A stretch of 64,000 nucleotides of DNA from Methanosaeta sp. PtaB.Bin018 (GTDB lineage: Archaea; Halobacteriota; Methanosarcinia; Methanotrichales; Methanotrichaceae), in the NCBI GenBank assembly GCA_002067755.1, contig MVQH01000077.1, positions 1,425-65,424 on the forward strand. Direction: 5' to 3'. Within the stretch, counting starts at the first letter, position 1; the number at the start of each line of letters is the position of its first letter. Positions 19,701 through 29,739 of the stretch are shown in pieces. The position numbers were made by a program, and so were the translations under genes. Under the pieces are notes generated by a model. It did no database searches, was not told the origin of the DNA, and worked only from the letters and a program-made list of their open reading frames with translations.

Positions 19701-21379
19701 CCCAGAATCCTCCCAAGGTCGGCTTGCAGATCATCCAGCGAAAACGGCCTTCCATCATACTTCAGAATCCGGTCATGGATTTTGATGCCGTAAAAGCCCA
19801 CCAGCCGGGCCAACTGGGCAGTCGAGTTGCACTCCACAGCGATGAGCCTGTGCACCCCCTCCAGAGCTTGCAACAGCTTAGCTTCGGGGAACGGCGAGAG
19901 GACCAGCACCTGAATAGCCTTCAGTCCGAACTTCCTGGCAGCCTCGATGCAAACGCCCTTGTTAGAGCCCCAACAGAGCAGGGCAGTCTTGCTCGTCTCT
20001 TCTCCGAACACCTTCACAGTTTCGTATCCGTCCAGATCCTCTGCCATCGATCTGCCCTTTTGCAGGCGCTTGTCATTCATCTCTTTGGCGATCTTCGGAT
20101 CTTCTGTGGTTATGCCAAACTCGTCATGCACATAGCTGTCTGCTTTTATCACCTGGCCCTTTTGGGGAGGGAACGCCATAGGTGAGACGCCGGTGTTCGT
20201 GTAACTGTAGCGGTTATACTTTCCCTGCCCGTCCCAGAGAAGTGGCTCTTCTTCGAACACGTCTCCTGCTGCATCAAGGTCTAAACTGTACAGGCTCTCG
20301 CTCGTGACCTTATCCGACAGTATGAATGCAGGAGTCTGGTACTTCCAGGCCATGTTCAAGGCTATGCCAGACCAGTAGTAGGCATCTGCAGCATCTCCAG
20401 GCGAGACGACGAACCTGGGAAATTCGCCCTGGCCGGCGTTGAGCACGAAATGCAGGTCGCCCTGGGCGGTGTAAGTTGGAAGGCCAGTGGAAGGGCCAGT
20501 TCTCTGGGACATGACTATCACCACGGGATTCTCTGCCATGCCTGCCAGGCTGACGCCCTCGGTCATGAGGCAAAAGCCGCCGCCCGAGGTTCCTACTGCG
20601 GCCTTGATCCCTGCATAGGCAAATCCCTGGGCCATGAGGATGACTGCGATCTCATTTTCCGGGTGAACTACCTTTAGGCCGAAATCGGGAGCTAGACGGG
20701 CCATGAAATCGAGCAAACTCGAAGACGGCGTCATGGGATAGGCCACATAGGCTCCAAGGCCAGCCTTGATGAGGCCCAGACATATGGCCTGGTTGCCTGT
20801 CATGACTGGAAGGGCGAGCTGATCCTGCGACCGACTAGCTCTCTCTATACGACAGAACTCCACTGCAGAGTCGTAGCCCCGGCGTGCAACTCTCAGATTT
20901 TGCTCCACCTTTTTGGGAATGTGCTTCAGAAGAACGTCCTTCAGAACAGCCCATTCGATTCCCACAACCTGGCAAAAGCCGCCAAGTATGCATGAGTTCT
21001 TCATGACCGGCAATGCGCCTTCCTCTTTCAGGATCTGGGTGACAGGAATGCCGCAACTTCTCTGCTTGATGCCATCTGCTTTGACTCTATCTGCATCATA
21101 AATCACGAAGGAGTCATCCAAAAGTCGCCATTTGTGCATCTCCACAGTATCCTGGTTCAGGGCGATGAGGACGTCGATCTGATCCTTGCACGCTCCAACA
21201 TTCTGTTTTGAGGCCCTGACAACAGAGAAATTATGCCCTCCTCTGATGAGAGACGGATAGTCGTAGTACATGAAAATGCGAAAGCCCAGTCGGTTGAAGA
21301 GCCGGGCAATGGTGCCTCCTGCCTCATTTATGCCGTCGCCTGCAATTCCCCCGATTAGAGTTGAAAAATCATTCATCAT
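19697..21379 (-). CDS. 2-oxoacid:ferredoxin oxidoreductase, fused gamma-alpha subunit
   Basis: The N-terminal gamma-like part (GGIAGDGINEAGG) is followed by an alpha domain (AYPMTPSS). Substrate cannot be decided from sequence alone. Confidence 0.85.
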   Translation of the reverse strand: MMNDFSTLIGGIAGDGINEAGGTIARLFNRLGFRIFMYYDYPSLIRGGHNFSVVRASKQNVGACKDQIDVLIALNQDTVEMHKWRLLDDSFVIYDADRVKADGIKQRSCGIPVTQILKEEGALPVMKNSCILGGFCQVVGIEWAVLKDVLLKHIPKKVEQNLRVARRGYDSAVEFCRIERASRSQDQLALPVMTGNQAICLGLIKAGLGAYVAYPMTPSSSLLDFMARLAPDFGLKVVHPENEIAVILMAQGFAYAGIKAAVGTSGGGFCLMTEGVSLAGMAENPVVIVMSQRTGPSTGLPTYTAQGDLHFVLNAGQGEFPRFVVSPGDAADAYYWSGIALNMAWKYQTPAFILSDKVTSESLYSLDLDAAGDVFEEEPLLWDGQGKYNRYSYTNTGVSPMAFPPQKGQVIKADSYVHDEFGITTEDPKIAKEMNDKRLQKGRSMAEDLDGYETVKVFGEETSKTALLCWGSNKGVCIEAARKFGLKAIQVLVLSPFPEAKLLQALEGVHRLIAVECNSTAQLARLVGFYGIKIHDRILKYDGRPFSLDDLQADLGRILG

Positions 21380-21452
21380 TCATGTATATCAGTGGACTTT
21401 CTGTTATAAAAACTTCGGCATATCGGTGGTATGATGATAATGCACCCCGAGG

Positions 21453-22049
21453 TCAAGAGCCACCCACGAATGCTTGCCTGAAAGCAGGCAGTGAGCGCCT
21501 CTGGGCCTTCTGTTGAGCAGGATCGAGGCTTTCCGCCTTTGACGAGAGCAGGTCTACTGTCGTTGTAGAGGCTAAGTAGTTCAACAGATCGAGATCGATG
21601 TCCCAGTCCCCGTTCCAAAATACGATGTAATCAAGCCTTCCATTCTCGTCAAAGTCGAAGGTTCGCATGGTTCTCTTGATCTTGCCATCCCTGTCCATCA
21701 TGCTGCCAGCTACCAGAAAATCGCCGCAACTGAGCTCGGAGATGGTTGGGACTGCATAGCCGTTGCCGTTTGCATATGAAGTCCAAATCCGCTCTAAGTT
21801 AGCTTTTGTGATAGCTCTCGAGTCCCATGTGGAGAAGATATGCGGGAAGAGGGTGGGCATCTCCCCAGTGCTCAAGTTCATTTTTATCAACATACCCGGC
21901 TTTTCGACGCCCCATTGAACATCAGCAGTTACTTGTAGCGGCGTTGAGAAGCCTATTTCAAATGTTTCATATTTGTGACTGTATTCTTCTCCTGCTACGA
22001 CTCCAAAAGCCCAAGACAGCATCAACATCAGACATATCAACGACTTCAT
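21453..22049 (-). CDS. Hypothetical secreted protein
   Basis: ATG 22049 gives the signal-like MKSLICLMLMLSWAFGVVAG. I recognise no family. Confidence 0.4.
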   Translation of the reverse strand: MKSLICLMLMLSWAFGVVAGEEYSHKYETFEIGFSTPLQVTADVQWGVEKPGMLIKMNLSTGEMPTLFPHIFSTWDSRAITKANLERIWTSYANGNGYAVPTISELSCGDFLVAGSMMDRDGKIKRTMRTFDFDENGRLDYIVFWNGDWDIDLDLLNYLASTTTVDLLSSKAESLDPAQQKAQRRSLPAFRQAFVGGS

Positions 22050-22155
22050 GATCGATCTATTGTAAATTACATAATTAAAAACTTTTGTATGATGATTGGT
22101 CATGCGAGCTCTAATAAACCATGAACTCGATTGTACTGATAAAAGAAGAGTCGTT

Positions 22156-23505
22156 ATGAGTTCAGAGAATCAAGAGAATATCCTCGAGAATGCATTGAGG
22201 ATCATACGCCTCGGCCCCATCTGCGACAGTTGTCTTGGCCGCCAGTTCGCCATGCTGTCAACTGGTCTGACCAATGCCCAGAGGGGCAGCTCAATCAAGA
22301 CGGTGCTGTCCATGCAGGCTTCGGCTGCTGATGATAAGGCAACGCTGGAAGCGCTGGCCCCTTCGGTTCATAGTGCCCGGCTGATGTTAGGCCGAAAAGA
22401 GGAAGATGATGCCCTTTGCACCGTCTGCCTTGGAGAGATGAGGGCCGAAAAGCTCGATGGCTGGGCAGAGAAGGCTGCAGCCGCGATGCAGGGACTGGAG
22501 TGTGCTACCATTCTCGTGGGCACGAGGATGAGCGGCCTTTTGGCTGAGAACGAGGAGCTACTGCTCGCGGACGGTGGATCCAAGCATGCCGAGCCGCTCA
22601 AATCCGAGCTGAACCGCGAGGTAGGCAAAAGGCTCTCAGCCAGAGCTGGCAAGCGGGTCGATCTAAAGAGCCCTGATGTGGTGATACATCTAAACCTGGA
22701 GTCAGGCGAGGTGGACTTGCATATCGCATCCCTTTTCATCCGAGGCAGATACAGAAAGCTGGTACGTGGCATTCCCCAAACAAGATGGCCCTGCCGCGAG
22801 TGCCATGGCAGTGGCTGCCCGCGCTGCAATGGAACAGGTCGCATGTACCAGGAGTCAGTAGACGAGCTGATCCGACCTGCGATAGTCGAGGCTGCTCAAG
22901 CAGAGGATACCGTCTTCCATGGTGCCGGAAGGGAGGACATCGATGCTCGAATGCTGGGGTCGGGCCGACCATTCATCGTCGAGGTGGTGCGACCTAAAGT
23001 GCGCAGCATCGATCTGGCGAAGCTCCAGGAGGAGGTCAATCGGCGTTCAGAGGGCAAGGTGGAGGTACTTGACCTCAGAGCTGCAGAGGCTTGTATGGTG
23101 GAGCGGCTCAAAGATGCAGCCTTTACGAAGACCTATTCGGCTTTGGTGAAGTTTGGAGCCGAGATTCCAGAAGAAAAGCTTAAATCGGTCCTCGATGAAT
23201 TGGTAGGGTTGATCGATCAGCGAACGCCAACCCGCGTATCTCACCGCCGAGCAGATAAGCTGAGGGTAAGAAAGGTCCACAGCGCAAAGCTGATCGAGGT
23301 TTCGGGCAACCAAGCCCGCATAAATATCAAAGGCGACAGTGGGCTCTACATCAAGGAGCTGATCTCTGGTGATGGAGGCAGAACCAGGCCGAACCTCGCG
23401 GATGCCCTGAGAGTCGATGCGGTGGTCGCAGAATTAGATGTAATAGATGTAGGTGGAGAATCAGATGGCACATCATCACGGAATGCGGAAGAAGACAAGA
23501 GATAA
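22156..23505 (+). CDS. pus10: tRNA pseudouridine(54/55) synthase Pus10
   Basis: N-terminal Zn motifs (CDSCLGRQF, CTVCLG) and the catalytic block GAGREDIDARMLGSGRPFIVEV. Confidence 0.85.
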   Translation: MSSENQENILENALRIIRLGPICDSCLGRQFAMLSTGLTNAQRGSSIKTVLSMQASAADDKATLEALAPSVHSARLMLGRKEEDDALCTVCLGEMRAEKLDGWAEKAAAAMQGLECATILVGTRMSGLLAENEELLLADGGSKHAEPLKSELNREVGKRLSARAGKRVDLKSPDVVIHLNLESGEVDLHIASLFIRGRYRKLVRGIPQTRWPCRECHGSGCPRCNGTGRMYQESVDELIRPAIVEAAQAEDTVFHGAGREDIDARMLGSGRPFIVEVVRPKVRSIDLAKLQEEVNRRSEGKVEVLDLRAAEACMVERLKDAAFTKTYSALVKFGAEIPEEKLKSVLDELVGLIDQRTPTRVSHRRADKLRVRKVHSAKLIEVSGNQARINIKGDSGLYIKELISGDGGRTRPNLADALRVDAVVAELDVIDVGGESDGTSSRNAEEDKR

Positions 23506-23755
23506 GCTGAGCAAGACAGTAAGAGCTAGGGGAATTTCTCCAGTGGTCAGGGCAATCCAGGAGTTTGAGCCTGGAGCAAAAGTGCACGTGCTCATCGACC
23601 CAAGCATCCATAAGGGCATGCCACACCCTCGGTTCCACGGAAGGACAGGAGAGGTTGTGGGCAAGAGGGGCAGAGCATTCGTCCTGAAGGTTACCGACGG
23701 CGACGCCACCAAGACATTGATCGCATTACCAGAGCATCTAATAGCGCAAAAGTAG
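23465..23755 (+). CDS. rpl21e: 50S ribosomal protein L21e
   Basis: MAHHHGMRKKTRDKL...HKGMPHPRFHGRTGEVVG. Overlaps the end of pus10 by 41 nt. Confidence 0.9.
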   Translation: MAHHHGMRKKTRDKLSKTVRARGISPVVRAIQEFEPGAKVHVLIDPSIHKGMPHPRFHGRTGEVVGKRGRAFVLKVTDGDATKTLIALPEHLIAQK

Positions 23756-24100
23756 ATGATTGTCAAAAGAGTATTGCAGGAGGAGCTCCTAACCCTTGCA
23801 GAGGCCAAGGAGATCCTGGACCAGATCCGGCTAAACAGGGCCGAGGAAGAGGAACTGGGTTACGAGCTGCGGCGGGCCATTAGGCACGCCGAACTCTTCT
23901 CCAAAGGGACTGCTGAGGAGAGCAGGGCCATGGTAGAGGAGCTCAAAAAGCTCGATAAGATGACAGAGGACATCGCCGTAAAGATCGCTGATATCAGGCC
24001 CAATACCAAAGACGAGCTAAGAGCTATTTATGCTAAGGAAAGGTTCACGTTAAGCGAAGAAGAGCTTAATGGGATCTTAGATATTGTATTCAGGGGATAA
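23756..24100 (+). CDS. rpoF: DNA-directed RNA polymerase subunit F (Rpo4)
   Basis: Size, helical composition and position in the conserved archaeal L21e-RpoF-DUF655-KsgA cluster. Confidence 0.75.
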   Translation: MIVKRVLQEELLTLAEAKEILDQIRLNRAEEEELGYELRRAIRHAELFSKGTAEESRAMVEELKKLDKMTEDIAVKIADIRPNTKDELRAIYAKERFTLSEEELNGILDIVFRG

Positions 24101-24105
24101 GGGCT

Positions 24106-24687
24106 ATGCCTGAGGGGAGACCGCCAAAAAGAGAAGAAGTAGCGAGGGTTCTCGATTATCTCCCCTATGGACGGGCTCCAGATACCAGAAGTTACCAAAA
24201 ACAGCCATTGGTCCAGGCCGTGGGCGAGGCCAATTTTGTGCTCATGGAGATGACGCCGAAGGAAGGCGTAGTGCCAGCAGTAGGCACTAGAGTTTACATC
24301 GCAGGCAGAGAGCGAGATATAATAGATCACGTAAACCGCAGGATCGACTACTCTGAACTCTCCAATAACGCCAAGCTCGAGCTGCCTTTTGAGATTCAGA
24401 GCATAGTCTTGGATAACGAGGCAAGGTTTATTCGGTACTTCAACGAAGCCGGCCCCATCACGACGCGTATGCATGCCCTAGAGCTCTTGCCAGGCATTGG
24501 CAAGAAGTTGATGTGGGCTGTGCTCAATGAGCGCAAGAGGGGGCCCTTCAAGAGCTTTGCAGATCTGATGGAGCGGGTGAAAGGGCTGCACAATCCTGAG
24601 AAGCTCATAGCCAAGCGCATCGAGGATGAGCTGATGGACGACAAGATAAAGTATCGGGTATTTACCACTGTGCCCCGCGCAAAATGA
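24106..24687 (+). CDS. DUF655 (COG1491) putative RNA-binding protein with helix-hairpin-helix
   Basis: Contains VLDYLPYG... and the C-terminal LELLPGIGKKLMWAVL, plus the conserved cluster position. Confidence 0.8.
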   Translation: MPEGRPPKREEVARVLDYLPYGRAPDTRSYQKQPLVQAVGEANFVLMEMTPKEGVVPAVGTRVYIAGRERDIIDHVNRRIDYSELSNNAKLELPFEIQSIVLDNEARFIRYFNEAGPITTRMHALELLPGIGKKLMWAVLNERKRGPFKSFADLMERVKGLHNPEKLIAKRIEDELMDDKIKYRVFTTVPRAK

Positions 24688-25415
24688 AAAAGAAGGATAA
24701 AAAGGGGCAGCATTTCCTGATCGATCGTGGCGTCATCGAGCGCATTGCATCCTACGCTGAGCTGAAGGATGACGACCGTGTGCTTGAGATAGGCCCGGGC
24801 ACAGGCAATCTCACTGAGGTTCTCGCGCCTCGCGTCTCCCGGGTCTATGCAGTTGAGGTCGATCCTGATCTTGCAGCCAAGCTCAACCATCGGGGTATAC
24901 AGGTGATCAACGCCGATGCATTGGAGGTCGAGCTTCCCGACTATAACAAGATCGTCTCCAATCTTCCCTATCAAATCTCCTCCAAGATAACATATCGGCT
25001 CATTTCCAGGCCCTTTGAGCTGGCGGTTTTGATGTACCAGAGGGAGTTCGCCATGCGCATGACAGCCCCCGTCGGCAGTGAGAGATACGGGCGTCTGGCG
25101 ATGGTCGTGGGCCACTTCTGCCATGCTGAGATCTTGGAGACTGTTCCCAAGATCGCATTTCGGCCAGTGCCGCCGGTAAATTCCGCTATCATCAGGCTGC
25201 GGCCCAGGCTGGAACGCCCTGGGGTGAGCGCTGCAAAATTCATGAAGATCACAGAGGGGCTCTTCAACAACCGCCGAAAAAAAGTCAAGAATGCTCTGGC
25301 GGCCCTTGGCACGAGTCAGGAGATCCTGGCTGAGCTGGACTCAGATCTGCTGGAGAAGCGGCCAGAGGATCTGACGTCGGATGAGGCTGCTCTGCTGGCA
25401 GGAGCTTTGCCTTAG
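24684..25415 (+). CDS. rsmA: 16S rRNA (adenine-N6,N6)-dimethyltransferase KsgA/Dim1
   Basis: Contains GQHFL, VLEIGPGTGNLT and SNLPYQISS. Confidence 0.9.
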   Translation: MKKKDKKGQHFLIDRGVIERIASYAELKDDDRVLEIGPGTGNLTEVLAPRVSRVYAVEVDPDLAAKLNHRGIQVINADALEVELPDYNKIVSNLPYQISSKITYRLISRPFELAVLMYQREFAMRMTAPVGSERYGRLAMVVGHFCHAEILETVPKIAFRPVPPVNSAIIRLRPRLERPGVSAAKFMKITEGLFNNRRKKVKNALAALGTSQEILAELDSDLLEKRPEDLTSDEAALLAGALP

Positions 25416-25427
25416 CATGCGAACCCA

Positions 25428-26600
25428 ATGGAGTTAGTGATCATCCAAATGTCCAATCCCGGGGCTAAGAAAAATATAGTATTATTAGGATTCGTTAGCC
25501 TGCTGAATGATATCAGCAGCGAGATCATTCAGCCAATCTTGCCGCTCTTCATCACATCCTTAGGAGGTGGGGCAGTGGCCGTGGGTCTCATCGGCGGCAT
25601 TGCAGATGGGCTGCCCAGCATCCTTCAGGTCTTTGTGGGATACTGCTCGGATCTCTGGGGAAGACGAAAACCTCTGGTCGTGGCAGGCTACGGGCTTTCG
25701 GCAGTCAGCAAGTTATTCCTGCCCTTCTCTTGGACCTGGCAACAAGTATTTGCGATAAAGGCACTGGAAAGATGTGGCAAAGGAGTGCGCTCGGCTCCCA
25801 GAGATGCCCTGATCTCCGAATCTGTGGATGAAAATAACCAGGGAAAGGGCTTCGGGATTCACAGGGCCATGGACTCCTCGGGTGCTGTGATAGGGTCCAT
25901 TCTGGCATATGCCCTCTGGATAGCGGGCCTTGATTTTCGAACAATATTTCTAATAGCCGCAGCTATGGCTGTGGCAAGTCTCATTCCATTTCATATGGTT
26001 GAGGAGAGGCCAAAGGTGCCCAACGGCCAGCTCAAGCTGAGCGTCTCCGACCTCTCGCCAGGACTTCGCAAGTTCTTGGTCGTAGCCTGCCTTTTTGCAC
26101 TTGGGAACTTCAGTTACATGTTCTTCATCCTGCGAGCCCAGCAGCTCTTCAGCGGCAAAGAAGCAATAGCTGCACCCCTGCTCCTGTACGTTCTTTTCAA
26201 TTTGGTCTACGCAGGCATGGCAGCGCCCGTGGGCATATGGTCTGATAAAATTGGGCGCCGCAATGTTCTTGCCTTGGGCTATGCCATCTTCGCTGCAACT
26301 GCCCTCGGGTTTGCCACAGTCTCATCTCTGGCAGGCGTGATGGTCCTATTTGCACTTTATGGGCTGGTCTATGCAATAGTGGACAGCATGCAGAGCGCCT
26401 TCGTCTCTGACCTGAGCAGCTCTTGCGTTCGGAGCACATCGCTGGGGCTCTACTATGGAGCCACAGGTGTGACCGCCATCCTGTCGAGCCTCCTGGCAGG
26501 AGCTCTGTGGACCCAGTTTGGCGCCTCTGCCACATTCGTCTTCGGTGCAGCAGCCTCGGCCCTGGCGGCCCTGGCCCTCTTGAGGATGAAGGCGCTTTAG
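25428..26600 (+). CDS. MFS transporter
   Basis: About 12 hydrophobic segments and the loop motif DLWGRRKP between TM2 and TM3. Confidence 0.8.
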   Translation: MELVIIQMSNPGAKKNIVLLGFVSLLNDISSEIIQPILPLFITSLGGGAVAVGLIGGIADGLPSILQVFVGYCSDLWGRRKPLVVAGYGLSAVSKLFLPFSWTWQQVFAIKALERCGKGVRSAPRDALISESVDENNQGKGFGIHRAMDSSGAVIGSILAYALWIAGLDFRTIFLIAAAMAVASLIPFHMVEERPKVPNGQLKLSVSDLSPGLRKFLVVACLFALGNFSYMFFILRAQQLFSGKEAIAAPLLLYVLFNLVYAGMAAPVGIWSDKIGRRNVLALGYAIFAATALGFATVSSLAGVMVLFALYGLVYAIVDSMQSAFVSDLSSSCVRSTSLGLYYGATGVTAILSSLLAGALWTQFGASATFVFGAAASALAALALLRMKAL

Positions 26601-26618
26601 ATTAGGGCAAAATCCTCC

Positions 26619-28547
26619 TCAATTCAGGTCTGGACATCCACAAATATTGGTTTTCTTCGGCGTCTCAAATTCGCCAGCGTCATTGTAGGACGTGCTGGCA
26701 GTCTTGTTGCAGTAGTCTACCCACCAGTCGAATACCCGGACCTTGACGGGCTGGCCCAGGAAGCAGCCTGTGAAATAGAAGTAATGCGGCACTCCCAACA
26801 GATTGATACCCTCACCGTTTCCTGTTGTATCGGCGAGATGATACATTGCATCGCCTGGCAGCAGCACGAGGTTGTAGGCATGGCCTGGGTGGCTTCCCAG
26901 CAGTGGCAGATCGTAACCAGTGCTCGCCGTGCTCATGGCTTCGGTCTTGTTGTAGCCTGCTTTGCGCAGCATCGTCGTCAATGCGGCTGCGTAGTCTATG
27001 CAGATGCCAGTTCTAAGGATGTTCACAGTGGCGTGCGTTGGAAACATGCCCAGCACGGCGCTGTTCTCGCTCATGTTTGTATCTGAGCGCCAGGCAGATA
27101 CGCCCCACTCATCAGGACGGCAGGAGAGTCGGCTGACATTTTCATTGAAGCCGTCCCGGAATGAGCAGGTTCCGGCCAGGCTCAAGCCGCATGTGCGGGT
27201 GCACTCTGGATAACCAGAGCAGCAAGCCTTGAAGAGCGCATAGCCCTGCATGTAAGTCGCCTCTGGCCCGAAGGCCCGTATGATATAAAGGCCTCTACAT
27301 CTCTTCTTGTCACCGCCCGAGTTTGCGCATGCATAAGCGCAGGCCGACCCCGGGACGGGCGTGCCGTCACAGCAATTGACTGCGTCAGCTACTATGTAGT
27401 CCAGGTCGGGGTTGCAGACCTCGAACTCCTGGCATCTTGCTGTTGCGTTGGGCCAAATGTCCTGGCATGAGGTGTCCACAGGATAGTATCTCGGCCTTGG
27501 GCTGACGTTGCCGCAAACCGAGCAGCCGGAGATTCCAAGCTCGATGGAGTCGGATGAGGATGCGTTGGTGCTATCGGTGATGGTAAGAGTGATATTATGC
27601 CATCCTATTGAGAGGTCGCTGCGATTGAACCTCTCCTCCCGCCCGATTACTCCGTCCAGATCAGAGTGCCAAAGATACCGTATCTGGCCCATTTTGCAGG
27701 CTTTGGCTTCAAAGCACACAGCTTCGCCATGAGGAAACGTGCGAACGTCCCCTGGAGATATGATCTCGGCTTTGAGCTGCTCGTCGCTGCAGCTTTGGCT
27801 CTGCATCGAAGCATTTGCGTTTGTGTACTTTGGGCAGTCGTTCATGCAGTCGCATTCCTTCGTCTCAGAGATCACTGAGCCTCTCATGTCCGAACTTGTC
27901 TCAACTGGGACGTGAACGAGAGCTGCCACAGAAAGAAAGATCAGCAGCAAGCTCAGCAAAGGATAAAGAAGATAGCCGCATAGCAGAGATTCTCTTCGAT
28001 TGCTATTCAGGAGCGGAAGGCGGATGAAGCCCTTCTTTGCGATTGAGAGAATTCCGCAAAAAACGAAAAGAACTCCTGAGATCGACCAGATCTTCCAGCC
28101 ATAGGGCAGAAAGGTCATGGCAGCTTGGCTCAGAGGAAAGCCAGCAAGACCTGCAAAAAGAAGAAGAGCTGAGCCTCTCTTGCTCTGCTGGAGTGCCAGA
28201 GATGCTGCTACGACCATTACGATGCTGGCACAGGCCGCCAATTCATTCGAGAAGGCAAGAGCCGCAAGTCCGAAGAGAGAAAGAAGGATATCGAGAATTA
28301 CCAGTCCCCGTTCAGCCTTCCGGCTTTCAGCTGCAATGGCAGCACCCAGGGCGCCGGTCAGTCCTAATAGGATGAAAAGGATTGCTCCAGCTACAGGAGA
28401 CAGAGCGCTGCCATACTCTGCTTGCCGGCCAAGAGATGGAAGGGCGAAGAACAGGACCAGGCTGCCTATAATGACAGCAAATAGGCTGCCAACGATTGCT
28501 GGAAGCATCAGGATTTGATCGCTTTTTTTTGCCATCAAATGCATCAA
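26619..28547 (-). CDS. Polytopic membrane protein with an extracellular Cys-rich region and a transglutaminase-like cysteine protease core
   Basis: The N-terminal ~200 aa are hydrophobic. A Cys/His/Asp core pattern is present (GICIDYAAALTTMLRKAGY ... HAYNLVLL ... LADTTG), along with many N-x-S/T sequons. Confidence 0.65.
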   Translation of the reverse strand: MMHLMAKKSDQILMLPAIVGSLFAVIIGSLVLFFALPSLGRQAEYGSALSPVAGAILFILLGLTGALGAAIAAESRKAERGLVILDILLSLFGLAALAFSNELAACASIVMVVAASLALQQSKRGSALLLFAGLAGFPLSQAAMTFLPYGWKIWSISGVLFVFCGILSIAKKGFIRLPLLNSNRRESLLCGYLLYPLLSLLLIFLSVAALVHVPVETSSDMRGSVISETKECDCMNDCPKYTNANASMQSQSCSDEQLKAEIISPGDVRTFPHGEAVCFEAKACKMGQIRYLWHSDLDGVIGREERFNRSDLSIGWHNITLTITDSTNASSSDSIELGISGCSVCGNVSPRPRYYPVDTSCQDIWPNATARCQEFEVCNPDLDYIVADAVNCCDGTPVPGSACAYACANSGGDKKRCRGLYIIRAFGPEATYMQGYALFKACCSGYPECTRTCGLSLAGTCSFRDGFNENVSRLSCRPDEWGVSAWRSDTNMSENSAVLGMFPTHATVNILRTGICIDYAAALTTMLRKAGYNKTEAMSTASTGYDLPLLGSHPGHAYNLVLLPGDAMYHLADTTGNGEGINLLGVPHYFYFTGCFLGQPVKVRVFDWWVDYCNKTASTSYNDAGEFETPKKTNICGCPDLN

Positions 28548-28633
28548 GGCGAGCGAGGAAGTTAAAATTATGGGCGCATGAGAATTATTAATTTTAATAA
28601 TATTATTTGTTACTATTATTTTACAAAAAAATG

Positions 28634-28640
28634 TTATATA
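28634..28640 (+). promoter_or_regulatory. Candidate TATA box for the coiled-coil protein gene
   Basis: TTATATA lies ~44 nt upstream of ATG 28678, in a 130-bp AT-rich divergent spacer. GGTGGAG lies ~10 nt before the ATG. Confidence 0.3.
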
Positions 28641-28677
28641 CTAAGAAAAATCTATGAAGGGTGGAGTGACCTAGAAC

Positions 28678-29418
28678 ATGATATCAAAAATAGCCGTACT
28701 GATCTTGATGCTCCTCGCAATACCTTCGACGGCCTTTGCCCTGGAGCCAATTTATCTGGGCAGCGGCCACAGCGACCAGGCCATCAACCTCGATGCTGGA
28801 GCAAAGCAGCCCAATCAGAACTATAGCTATGGCAGATTTGGCTTTGTGACGCCCTCGATGCCTCAGCCTATGGCATTGAGCCCTCACATGATGATAAAGC
28901 AGACGGAAGATCTGTTAGATGAAGCCCAGAAGGCAAGGGATGAGGCAATGTCTGCAAGGGATGAGGCAGTGTCTGCAAGGGATGAGGCAGTGTCTGCAAG
29001 AGGTGAGGCAGTGTCTGCAAGAGACCAGGCCAGGGCGCAGTATGAAGAGGCCCAGGTTTTGCTGGCAAAGATCGAGAAGTCGGAGCAAATAGTTGGTGAA
29101 TTGCAAAACAAGACTGAGGCCAGCACGAGAGCTGCAGCAGTCAGTGCTTCACAAGCAGAGAACTTTCTGAATAAGACCGAAGAAGCCTGCAGCCAGATGA
29201 AATCCATGCTGCTGGGCGCCAGAACCTACGCAAATGATTCAGCTCTCTATGCCAGCCAGGCAGGCAGCTATTTTAACCTGACTCAATCGACGTATAATAA
29301 AACGGTTGTGGTTTATAGCAGGTCTGCATCCGACTATAACAATATGACTCTATTGGCAAAAGAGATCCGGTCGAACTATGATAGCATCAGGGCGATGATG
29401 AACCAGACATATCTATGA
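28678..29418 (+). CDS. Secreted alpha-helical/coiled-coil protein with heptad tandem repeats
   Basis: Signal-like MISKIAVLILMLLAIPSTAFA. Repeats ARDEAMS/ARDEAVS/ARDEAVS/ARGEAVS. Several N-x-S/T sequons in the C-terminal half. Confidence 0.6.
   Translation: MISKIAVLILMLLAIPSTAFALEPIYLGSGHSDQAINLDAGAKQPNQNYSYGRFGFVTPSMPQPMALSPHMMIKQTEDLLDEAQKARDEAMSARDEAVSARDEAVSARGEAVSARDQARAQYEEAQVLLAKIEKSEQIVGELQNKTEASTRAAAVSASQAENFLNKTEEACSQMKSMLLGARTYANDSALYASQAGSYFNLTQSTYNKTVVVYSRSASDYNNMTLLAKEIRSNYDSIRAMMNQTYL
28933..29028 (+). repeat. In-frame 21-bp tandem repeat, four full units plus a partial fifth
   Basis: Units of GCAAGGGATGAGGCA(A/G)TGTCT at 28933, 28954 and 28975 (units 2 and 3 identical). A variant GCAAGAGGTGAGGCAGTGTCT starts at 28996 and a partial unit at 29017. 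Confidence 0.9.
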
Positions 29419-29476
29419 TATCAATGCGAGGATTCCTAAAAACCTTGCTTTAAAACATCATTCATCTTGAGATCAA

Positions 29477-29494
29477 TTTTCCTTTTTAATTTTT
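29477..29494 (+). terminator. Oligo-T tracts downstream of the coiled-coil gene
   Basis: TTTTCCTTTTTAATTTTT begins ~60 nt after the stop at 29418. Confidence 0.35.
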
Positions 29495-29739
29495 AGCTTT
29501 TAGGTTCGAATACTATTGATTTTCCTTGAATTTCTCTCTTTTTATGTTCATTTTTCGATGGCATCCGCTATGGCTAAATAACCTTGGCATTTTTTAATGT
29601 GCAGAGCTGATACAGGTTAAAAGCGAACGCTGTAACCATCATCACGATTAACTGTGATAACCAGCACTCTGCCTGCCCCAAAAAACTCCCTTCATCACAG
29701 CATGAGGCCTTTCGCCTGGTGATCTTAAAGCGCTAAATC

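Noticed and set aside
24396-25124. 242-aa minus-strand ORF
   Set aside because: It is antisense to the DUF655 and KsgA genes of a conserved cluster. It has no recognisable motifs.
28933-29028. Short tandem repeats considered as a possible CRISPR array or other non-coding array
   Set aside because: The units are contiguous 21-mers with no spacers. They are in frame within a signal-peptide-bearing ORF and encode heptads, so this is a coding repeat.
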